From contig CAVSGM010000001.1 of assembly GCA_963727485.1 (NCBI GenBank), forward strand, positions 288,001 to 352,000: 64,000 nt of DNA. The letters run 5' to 3'. The number at the start of each line of letters is the position of its first letter. Positions within the stretch are counted from its first letter, which is position 1. The stretch comes from an uncultured delta proteobacterium (lineage in GTDB: Bacteria > Myxococcota > Myxococcia > SLRQ01). The translations under genes and the position numbers were made by a program. Shown here piece by piece: positions 56,195 through 64,000 of this stretch. The notes beneath the pieces were generated by a model, which worked only from the letters and a program-made list of their open reading frames with translations, was not told the origin of the DNA and searched no databases.

Positions 56195-58116
56195 ATGATC
56201 AAGACCAAGTTCTGGTTGTACTCCGTCCTCGTTGTCCTGCTGGTCGCCGCCAACTTCTACTACACCAGCCGTCGCGACTACGAGGGCGTGCGCACCACGG
56301 CGCAAGCTCGACTCGGCCTGGCCGAGAAGGCCTACCTGCGCCTCGAGGACGACGCCGAGCAGGCCGCGGTCGCCCGGGCGCGGGCGGCGGCGGCGAGCCA
56401 GCCGGTCAGCGAGGCGGTCGAGGCGGCGGTGAAGGCCAAGGCGCCTCCCACCGCCGACGCGGTCACCGAGGTCAACACCTCCCTGGGCGAGGCGGCGGCC
56501 CGGGGCAGCGGTGGGCCCACCCACAGCCTCCTGGTGCTGGCCACCCCCGACGGTGCCGGGCGCCTGGACATCGGCAAGGCGCCGGTCTCCGCCGCCGGTG
56601 TCCCCGACCTCGGCCCCCTCAAGGACGCCCTCGGGGGCAAGGCCTCCGCCGGGGTGGTCTCCGGCCCCGGCGGCGCCCTCGTCCGGGTGGCCGCGGCGCC
56701 GGTCACCACCCTGGACCACGGCCAGACCAAGGTCCTCGGGGCCGTGCTCCTCGGCTATCCCCTCGACGCCGACGCCGCCAAGGTCCTCAAGGACGGCGTG
56801 GGCGCCGACGTCACCTTCGCCACCGGCAAGAAGGTCGTGGGCAGCACCCTGCCCCTGCCCCTCCACGCCACCCTGCTCCAGGCCGTGGCCGGGGGCAAGG
56901 CCGCCTCCGGCGTGGGCTTCGGGCACCTGGGCCACGCGCCAATCCTCGCCGCCACCGCCCCCTTCATGGGGGTCAAGGCGGTCGTCGGCTTCGCCCGCAA
57001 GATGCCCCCCCTCGGGGTCGAGGGGGCCGCCGTGGTCCTGAGCGCCCCGGTGCGCGCGGAGCTCGCCCGGATCAACAGCTACCAGATGCTCCAGGTCGCC
57101 GCCGCCGGGCTGCTGCTGCTCCTGGCCTTCATCTGGGCGTTCTTCATCGCCCAGGGGGCCACCGGTCCGGCGAAGCGCCTCTCCGAGGCCCTGAGCCGGG
57201 CCGCCGCCGGGGACCTCAAGGCCCGGGTCGAGGCCTGGAAGTTCCGGGGGGTGTTCCGGGGGGTCGCCGACAAGGTCAACGCCGTCCTCGACCAGGTCGA
57301 GCGCCAGGCCCCCGGGGTCGCCGACCAGATCCTGGCCCCGAAGGACACCGATATCTCCAGCGTCCTCGGGGGGGACCGCGAGCCCACGCCGCCGCCCACC
57401 GACGCCTTCCCCTTCGGCCCGGCCTCCGACGCCGAGCCGGCCCCCGCGCCGATGCCCGCCGCGCCGGCCCCGAGCCCCGAGCCCGCCCCGGCGGCCTATG
57501 AGCCGGCCCCGGCGGCCTACGAGCCGGCCCCGGCCCCTAGGCTGCGCCCGCGCCCGGCGGCTTCAATCCCTTCGCCGAGGAGTTCGCCGCCCCGGCGGCC
57601 CCGGCCCCGGCGCCGGCCCCGGCCCCGGCCCCCGCGGCCGACGGAGGCAACGGCGGCTTCTTCTCCGACGCCACCCGGGTGGTCTCTCTCGACGAGATGC
57701 AGGCCCAGGCCGCGCCTCCGGCGCCGGCCCCCGCCCCGGCGGCGCCGGCCCCCTCCGACGATCCCTTCGCCGCGGCCATGGCCGCCGGCGACGGGGGCGA
57801 CGAGGACTACAGCCCCGACGCCACGGTCGTCGCCAAGGTCCCGGACGCCCTCCTCCAGGCCACCGCCCGGAGCGGCGGCGCCCCGGCGGCCCCCCGCGAC
57901 CCCGACGAGGAGCACTTCCGGGAGGTCTTCCGGGACTTCGTCTCCACCCGCCAGCGCTGTGGCGAGCCCGCCGACGGCCTGACCTTCGACAAGTTCGCCA
58001 CCAAGCTGCGCAAGAACCGGGACGCCATCAAGCAGAAGCACGGCGCCCGGTCGGTGCGGTTCCAGGTCTACGTGAAGGACGGCAAGGCGGCCCTCAAGGC
58101 CACGCCCATCAAGTAG
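56195..58116 (+). CDS. MXAN_5187-family membrane protein (frameshift near 57540)
   Basis: TM, Cache-like periplasmic region, TM, HAMP-like segment, Pro/Ala linker; C-terminal domain CGEPADGLTFDKF..KL..N....VRFQVYVKDGKAALKATP in ORF 57679..58116. Confidence 0.78.
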
Positions 58117-58272
58117 GGGTGACCTGGAGGGGCCAGCCCCTACCGGGCGTTCCTCCCTTGTGGGCCGGGCGCGCACCTCCGTAGGCTGGGAGGATGGCCG
58201 CCCGGCGCGCAGTCCCTCGTCGACGGCCCGCCAAAGACGGGCCTCCGGGGCGCGTCCTAAGGGTGTGGTCAC

Positions 58273-58301
58273 TTGACCTACACGCCGAAACTCGCTACCA
58301 C
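58273..58301 (+). promoter_or_regulatory. Possible sigma70-type promoter
   Basis: TTGACC-N17-TACCAC in a lower-GC intergenic stretch. Confidence 0.35.
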
Positions 58302-58327
58302 ACCTATCCTTTTGCGCACTCCGTCCC

Positions 58328-59443
58328 TTGGGGGAGGTTGGCTTGATTCGTAGAACACCGACCCTCGCGTCTCTATTCGCGGCCCTGGCCCTCGCCGGGC
58401 TGCCCGCCGCCCCGGCCCTCGCCGACGGCGGCGCCCCCGCGGCCACCCCGGCCTCCAAGGCCACCGACGCGGGGTCCGCGGCCCAGAAGCCCGCGGCCCA
58501 GAAGCCCGCGGCCGCCAAGGCGCCGGGCAAGGCCGGGGCCACCGACGTCAAGGACGACTCCGCCCACCAGGTGGACGCCGCCTTCGCCACCGGGGGCGTG
58601 GCCACCCGGGACACCCACAAGCCCTGGTCGGTGATCGTCGCCAACAGCATCGGCTTCGGTCTCCAGACCGACGCGGCCACCAACTACTACTACGGTCAGC
58701 TCTCGGCCACCGGCTCCTGGCGCTTCACCCGGAACCTCTCCCTGTGGCTGAACACCGGCCTCTACTACACGCCGGACCCGCGGCCCAACGACGGCCGGAG
58801 CCTCGACGCCGGGGGCGTGAGCCTCACCCTCCGCGACTCGCGCATCTACAAGGACGATCGGTTCACCGGCCTGGTGCTCTCGGGGGCGGTGCAGGTGGCG
58901 GTGCCCCTGTCGATGAAGGCCTTCAACTCCCTGCACTACCCCTACCCCTCGGTGGGCCTGGGCCTGGCGCTCTCCCGCAAGGTGGGCGAGGTGGCGCTGC
59001 GCTACGGGATCAGCTTCAGCAAGTTCAACCCCGCCGACCCGGTCTACATCTCCCGGAACTGCGCCGCGGCCCAGCCGGTGGACACCTGCTACGGGGGCTA
59101 CGAGCACGACTGGCAGCTCGCCCAGGGGCTCTCGGCCCTGTGGTCGCCCGTCTCCCACGTGGTGGTCTCAGGGACCTTCCAGTTCGTCACCGCCCAGACC
59201 TTCGGGCCCGCCACCCACGTGGCCGGCACCGGGCCCGGGGTGGTCGACGGCCTCTCCGCCAACGCCTCGGAGGGCTTCAGCTTCGAGCTCTCGGCCAACT
59301 GGGACACCCCGGTCGAGGGGCTCTCCGCCGGGCTCTCCTTCAGCAACGGCGGCCCCTGGCGGAGCAACGGCGACGCCATCTTCAATCCCCTCTTCGACCC
59401 GCGGCTCGCCGCGATGAGCGTCGACGTCTCCTACACCTTCTAG
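58328..59443 (+). CDS. Outer-membrane beta-barrel protein (TTG start at 58328 or 58343)
   Basis: Signal peptide (APALA-D), amphipathic strands, one Cys pair, terminal VDVSYTF beta-signal. Confidence 0.75.
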   Translation: MGEVGLIRRTPTLASLFAALALAGLPAAPALADGGAPAATPASKATDAGSAAQKPAAQKPAAAKAPGKAGATDVKDDSAHQVDAAFATGGVATRDTHKPWSVIVANSIGFGLQTDAATNYYYGQLSATGSWRFTRNLSLWLNTGLYYTPDPRPNDGRSLDAGGVSLTLRDSRIYKDDRFTGLVLSGAVQVAVPLSMKAFNSLHYPYPSVGLGLALSRKVGEVALRYGISFSKFNPADPVYISRNCAAAQPVDTCYGGYEHDWQLAQGLSALWSPVSHVVVSGTFQFVTAQTFGPATHVAGTGPGVVDGLSANASEGFSFELSANWDTPVEGLSAGLSFSNGGPWRSNGDAIFNPLFDPRLAAMSVDVSYTF

Positions 59444-59500
59444 CTCGTGCCCCTCGCCTGGTGGCCGTCCGGTGGCCGCCGTCTTTCCGGAGGAAGTCAT

Positions 59501-62500
59501 ATGCGTCGTATCCTTCTCACCGCGGCGGTGTTCGCGACCCTGCTCGCTGGCTGCAGCACCTACCAGCCCCTGCGCGATACCACCCAGCCGGGCAAGCTGC
59601 GCAAGTCCGCGTTCAACGACGGCAGCAAGTGGTACATGCTGACCACCGTGATCAAGGCGCCCTTCGAGGCGGCCTTCACGAACCCCGGCGAGACCACCCC
59701 GATGGTCAAGATCAAGTGGGTGATCGAGAAGGACTACCTCTACGCCTACAAGACCTACGAGGAGGTCCAGGGCGCGGGGCTCGCCGCCGGCAAGGGCGAC
59801 AGCTACCTGGGTCAGCCGGTGGCCGCCTACCGGATCACCGACCAGCTCGACGTCTGGCACCAGTACAACCCCACCACCGGTGAGGAGCTCCCGGTCCTCT
59901 ACGAGAGCCACGAGCGCCCCTGGTGGCAGCGCGACTGGATCCGGGTCGACTGGTCGAAGAACCTCATCGCCGCCGGCCACTACATGAGCGAGGACTTCTG
60001 CAAGTGGAGCGGGGACATCCAGGAGGACCCGGTCTCCTACTACCCGCAGAACCCCACCGATCCCGACCAGTTCTACGTCGGCGTGAAGGACAAGACCGAC
60101 AAGGACCTGGGCACGGGCACCTGCCAGCAGGTGGGCGGCTGGTGTGACGTCCACGGGTGGAAGAACATCGAGAAGCTCAAGAGCTTCGACTACATCGACG
60201 TCGTCAACCGCGACTTCATCCACTACAACGTGAAGAACGCCTTCGACGGCTCCGCCAGCACCAACTGCTGGCCCTACCCGGTGTGGCCCATCGACGAGGG
60301 CATCGAGGTCACCAAGCGGGTCAGCTTCATGAAGGTGCCCAAGAGCGACTACCAGCCGCTCCCCTACCCGGACAACACCTGGGAGAAGTTCGGCTTCTTC
60401 CGCACCATCCGGGACACCTTCAATCCCCGGCGCCGGGTCACCGACTTCAAGACCTACTACGCCAACCGCTGGGACATCTGGAAGCACGTGAAGGACGCCA
60501 ACGGGAACACCATCCCCGTGGCCCAGCGCCAAATCCAGCCCATCACCTACTACTACATCCCCACCGCCAAGCTCGACTCCACGAAGTACTGCGCCAAGAG
60601 CGGCGCCGACTGCATCCCCTTCATGAAGGACGAGCTCTACCAGGAGGTCGCCACCGAGTGGAACCACGCCTGGCAGGGGGTGATCAAGGCCGCCGGCTAT
60701 CCCGACGCCAAGGACCAGACCGTCTTCCAGGTGAAGCCCATCGACTACACCTGCGGCTACGACGGGAAGCAGCCCTGCGAGCGCCTCGGCGACCTGCGCT
60801 ACTCGTTCATGTGGAACCATGACCAGTCGAGCGACAACGGCCTGCTCGGCTACGGCCCGGCCTTCACCAATCCCGAGACCGGGCGGATCGTCGCCGCCAC
60901 CGCCAACCTCTACGGCGGCAACCTCGGCAGCTACGAGGCCGGCCTCCTCGGCGACTACTACGACCTGATCAAGGGCAACACCACCGACCTCCAGATCCAG
61001 ACCGGTGAGAACGTCCGCCAGTACTTCCAGAACCAGGGCGGAGTGGTCGGCGCCCCGGCGCTGCCGGTGGTGGACTTCGCCGCCATGAACAAGATCAAGT
61101 CCGACGGGCTGTCCGGGAAGCTCGACCCGACCAACCCCAACGACCTCTCGTTCCAGCAGCTCCAGCTCAAGCACCAGCTCGACCAGCTCAAGCGCGACGC
61201 CCCCCGGGACGCCGACCGGCTCTCGATGTTCGCCGGCACCCCGGTGGAGAAGATGCTCATGACCCCGGACTTCTTGAGCCTCATGGGCGAGGATCCCTCC
61301 GAGTCGCTGACCTCGAGCGTCCTTGACCGGGTGTCGCCGTTCCGCTCCGGGTCGCGGTTCCACCAGCTGCGGGACCGCTGGGACCGGTACTGGGCCGAGC
61401 ACAACATGTTCATGGCCAGCGGGATGTGGACCAATCCCACGGTCGAGGCGGCGGTCAACCAGGCCGAGAAGGTCCTGGGGAAGGACGCCACCAAGGACCA
61501 GGTCATCGAGTGGATCCTCCAGCGGACCTACGTCGGCACCACCGCCCACGAGGTCGGCCACACCTTCGGCCTGATGCACAACTTCGAGGGCAGCGCCGAC
61601 GAGCAGAACTACCACGCGGAGTACTGGAAGATCCTCAAGGACCACCCCAAGGTCGAGCTGGGCACGGTGGGTGACAACGGCACCATCACCAGCACCTGGG
61701 ACACCAACCACGACGGCAGGCTCGACGGCGAGGAGTACGCCGCCTACGAGGCCGCCTACCAGCAGGCCCACAAGGACGAGCAGGCCGCGGGCAGCGACCT
61801 CTACTCGACCTCGGCGATCATGGACTACAACGGCGTGTCCATCGTCGCCTCGGACGTGGCCGGCGTCGGCCGCTACGAGGAGGCCGCCCTCAAGTACGGG
61901 TACGCCAACACCGTCGAGCTCTACTCCAACGACCAGAGCCAGTTCGACCCGGCCGCGGTCCAGGCCGCCGGCGGGTGGAGCGAGTTCAAGTGGGAGAAGG
62001 ACAACCGCGTCGACGTGCCCTACTACGCCGGCGGTCAGAGCTGCACTGACGACAGCCAGTGCCCGATGAACGACCACCCGTCGGTGCCCCAGCACTGCCG
62101 GGCCCAGCTGGGCCAGGGCTCGATCCTCCACAACGGCACCAAGGCCGACCTCGGCGTGTGCTCGAGCATCTACTTCGAGCTGAAGACCGACGCCAACGAC
62201 CCGGCCAAGGCCATCCCCTACCCGAACTTCATGTACTGCAGCGACTACCGGCTCGACGACAAGCCGTTCTGCAACATGTTCGACTCGGGCAGCTCGGCCG
62301 TGGAGATCACCCAGAACCTCATCACCCAGTACCAGCGCGACTACCTGTTCCGGAACTTCCGCCGGTACCGCGACGGCTTCCAGCCCTACTTCTACTACCA
62401 GCACATCTGGAGCCGGGTGTTCGTGCCCATCGGCAAGTTCCACCAGTCGCTGCTCTACAACTACTACTACCTGCCCGGGTTCGCGCAGAACCTGGGGCCG

Positions 62501-63571
62501 GGCGGGATGCTCGACACCTTCCTGGCGTCGCGGATGGGCCTGAACTTCTTCTCCCAGGTCCTCGCCACCCCGGACGTCGGCTCGTACATCAAGTTCGATC
62601 CGGCCAGCAACTCCTACGACGGGGGCTACACCCAGAAGCACGCCGCCTGGGCCGACGTCTTCGTGCCGCTGGGCATCGGCAAGTACCTCTACTCGACCTT
62701 CGAGCAGGGCGAGCTGGGCCAGATCTACCGCTACGCGCGGATCGGCACCTTCTACGACAAGCTCTTCGCCCTCGAGGCCCTGTCCACCCGCGACTGGGGG
62801 CTGCCGCAGGCCAACGACGAGACCTTCCCCATCGACTACTACGACGCCTACCAGCCGGAGATGCTCAAGCTCTTCTCGGGGATCATCGCCGACGATCCCT
62901 CGGCCTACGGGCCGATCATCTCCAAGGTCGACAGCACCACCGGCGACATCACCCAGCTGAAGTACCGCGACATCTGGCAGGGTGACTTCTTCGGCAGCAA
63001 GACCAAGGACTTCCCGGGTCTGGAGGCGGTCAGTGGCTACGCCAACCCGCCCGACTACTCGAACAGCGAGTTCCTCAACCCCGGCGGGTCCACGTACATC
63101 AAGCTCTACAGCCTGATCTACGCGCTCTCCGACTTCCCGGTGTTCTACGACTGGCAGTTCGGGAACTACGTGCAGCTCTACACCTACGGCGCCACCTCGG
63201 CGAACAACGGTGGGGCGCTCGCCGGCGATCCCAACGTGGTCAGCTTCACCAGCCCCGACCACGGGATCACCTACGCCACCGAGAAGCCCAAGGACGGCCA
63301 GGGCCTCTTCGTCCAGCTCATCGAGAAGGCGAAGACCCGGTCGACCGAGCTCCAGTCCCTCCAGGCACTCCAGCAGCAGAATGGGGGCGGGGCGCCTGCG
63401 GGCTTCCTGGCGAACCACCAGATCTGCGTGAAGGTCCTGGGCTCGTCGACCACCGACGCCGAGTGCCTGAGCTGGCTCATCGACCACACCCAGTCGAAGC
63501 TCAACTCGGACGAGTCGTTCCTCGACTTCTCCAAGATGCTGCTCAACGAGGCCGGCTTCCAGATGCAGTAG
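59501..63571 (+). CDS. Large zinc metalloprotease lipoprotein (metzincin, EcxA/DUF4953-like)
   Basis: ATG at 59501 with GGAGG RBS; lipobox LLAGC; HEVGHTFGLMHNF, Met-turn SAIMDY, GDLRYS, LLGYGP...PETGRIV, EF-hand-like DTNHDGRLDGEE. Confidence 0.88.
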   Translation: MRRILLTAAVFATLLAGCSTYQPLRDTTQPGKLRKSAFNDGSKWYMLTTVIKAPFEAAFTNPGETTPMVKIKWVIEKDYLYAYKTYEEVQGAGLAAGKGDSYLGQPVAAYRITDQLDVWHQYNPTTGEELPVLYESHERPWWQRDWIRVDWSKNLIAAGHYMSEDFCKWSGDIQEDPVSYYPQNPTDPDQFYVGVKDKTDKDLGTGTCQQVGGWCDVHGWKNIEKLKSFDYIDVVNRDFIHYNVKNAFDGSASTNCWPYPVWPIDEGIEVTKRVSFMKVPKSDYQPLPYPDNTWEKFGFFRTIRDTFNPRRRVTDFKTYYANRWDIWKHVKDANGNTIPVAQRQIQPITYYYIPTAKLDSTKYCAKSGADCIPFMKDELYQEVATEWNHAWQGVIKAAGYPDAKDQTVFQVKPIDYTCGYDGKQPCERLGDLRYSFMWNHDQSSDNGLLGYGPAFTNPETGRIVAATANLYGGNLGSYEAGLLGDYYDLIKGNTTDLQIQTGENVRQYFQNQGGVVGAPALPVVDFAAMNKIKSDGLSGKLDPTNPNDLSFQQLQLKHQLDQLKRDAPRDADRLSMFAGTPVEKMLMTPDFLSLMGEDPSESLTSSVLDRVSPFRSGSRFHQLRDRWDRYWAEHNMFMASGMWTNPTVEAAVNQAEKVLGKDATKDQVIEWILQRTYVGTTAHEVGHTFGLMHNFEGSADEQNYHAEYWKILKDHPKVELGTVGDNGTITSTWDTNHDGRLDGEEYAAYEAAYQQAHKDEQAAGSDLYSTSAIMDYNGVSIVASDVAGVGRYEEAALKYGYANTVELYSNDQSQFDPAAVQAAGGWSEFKWEKDNRVDVPYYAGGQSCTDDSQCPMNDHPSVPQHCRAQLGQGSILHNGTKADLGVCSSIYFELKTDANDPAKAIPYPNFMYCSDYRLDDKPFCNMFDSGSSAVEITQNLITQYQRDYLFRNFRRYRDGFQPYFYYQHIWSRVFVPIGKFHQSLLYNYYYLPGFAQNLGPGGMLDTFLASRMGLNFFSQVLATPDVGSYIKFDPASNSYDGGYTQKHAAWADVFVPLGIGKYLYSTFEQGELGQIYRYARIGTFYDKLFALEALSTRDWGLPQANDETFPIDYYDAYQPEMLKLFSGIIADDPSAYGPIISKVDSTTGDITQLKYRDIWQGDFFGSKTKDFPGLEAVSGYANPPDYSNSEFLNPGGSTYIKLYSLIYALSDFPVFYDWQFGNYVQLYTYGATSANNGGALAGDPNVVSFTSPDHGITYATEKPKDGQGLFVQLIEKAKTRSTELQSLQALQQQNGGGAPAGFLANHQICVKVLGSSTTDAECLSWLIDHTQSKLNSDESFLDFSKMLLNEAGFQMQ

Positions 63572-63585
63572 GGCGCCGGCCCGTC

Positions 63586-63637
63586 GAGACGTCCGCCTCG
63601 CGACCGCCGGCACCCGGCGTCGCGAGGCGTGCGTCTC
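63586..63637. terminator. Long GC-rich intergenic hairpin (no poly-U tail)
   Basis: GAGACG..CGCCTCGCGAC-CGCCGG-cac-CCGGCG-TCGCGAGGCG..CGTCTC directly after the protease stop. Confidence 0.5.
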
Positions 63638-63676
63638 CCGATTCAAGCAACCAAACCTTCCTGAGAGGGGAAGCAG

Positions 63677-64000
63677 ATGAAGATCACCAATGGGAGCCGC
63701 CTCGCGGCCCTGGCAGCGATGGGCCTGGCCCTCGCCCTCGCCGGCTGTTCCGGCTCGTCCGACACCTGCAAGAAGACCAGCGACTGCCCCACCGGGCAGG
63801 TGTGCACCAGCGCCGGAACCTGCTCCGCCGACAAGTGCGCCAGCGTGACCTGCCCCGGGCACCAGACCTGCGACGCCAGCACCGGCGCCTGCACCGGCAC
63901 CTGTTGCCAGGCCGGTGACTGCACCGATCCCCGCACCGAGTGCGACCAGCAGGCCTGCGCGGCCGGCCAGACCGCCTGCGTCCAGAAGCAGTGCAGCCCC
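63677..64000 (+). CDS. Cys-rich lipoprotein (partial, runs off the window)
   Basis: MKITNGSRLAALAAMGLALALAGC lipobox, then CKKTSDCPTGQVC, CASVTCPGHQTCD..TGAC repeats; not in the ORF track because it has no stop in the window. Confidence 0.82.
   Translation, partial: MKITNGSRLAALAAMGLALALAGCSGSSDTCKKTSDCPTGQVCTSAGTCSADKCASVTCPGHQTCDASTGACTGTCCQAGDCTDPRTECDQQACAAGQTACVQKQCSP

Noticed and set aside
59168..63862. Very long antisense or alternative-frame ORFs (this one, 51660..56162, 17751..20969, 20890..23925 and others)
   Set aside because: Shadow ORFs expected at very high GC3; they have no motifs and overlap well-supported genes.

Overview
Very GC-rich window whose genes point to a Myxococcota (deltaproteobacterial) genome. 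Many otherwise intact genes (ftsZ, glgB, several eps genes) carry single-base frameshifts, probably long-read assembly indels rather than real pseudogenes. From left to right: ftsZ and a HAD hydrolase; a 5.7 kb minus-strand array of related, unannotated membrane proteins (four end in a Flp-pilin-like motif, two carry an unrecognised repeated 'RAAFPG' domain, and three transcription units share a 26-bp upstream motif); an MFS transporter, small OM barrel, thioesterase and CxxCH beta-propeller lipoprotein; a WYL-less HTH regulator behind tandem CGAAC-N9-GTTCG boxes; a ComEC-like MBL-fold lipoprotein lacking its metal ligands; the glgE-treS/pep2-malQ-glgB alpha-glucan operon; a GNAT-AsnB-ACP-acyl ligase-NadE-like cassette; a compact Myxococcus-type Wzx/Wzy EPS locus with a sigma54 promoter and two GH44 hydrolases; a GH57/DUF3536 enzyme; a GT-C glycosyltransferase; an MXAN_5187-family protein; and an OM barrel / giant metzincin lipoprotein / Cys-rich lipoprotein unit running off the right edge. 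No rRNA, tRNA, CRISPR array or transposase was seen. The best candidate for an undescribed system is the 2.25-8.0 kb array; second is the carrier-protein cassette facing the EPS locus.
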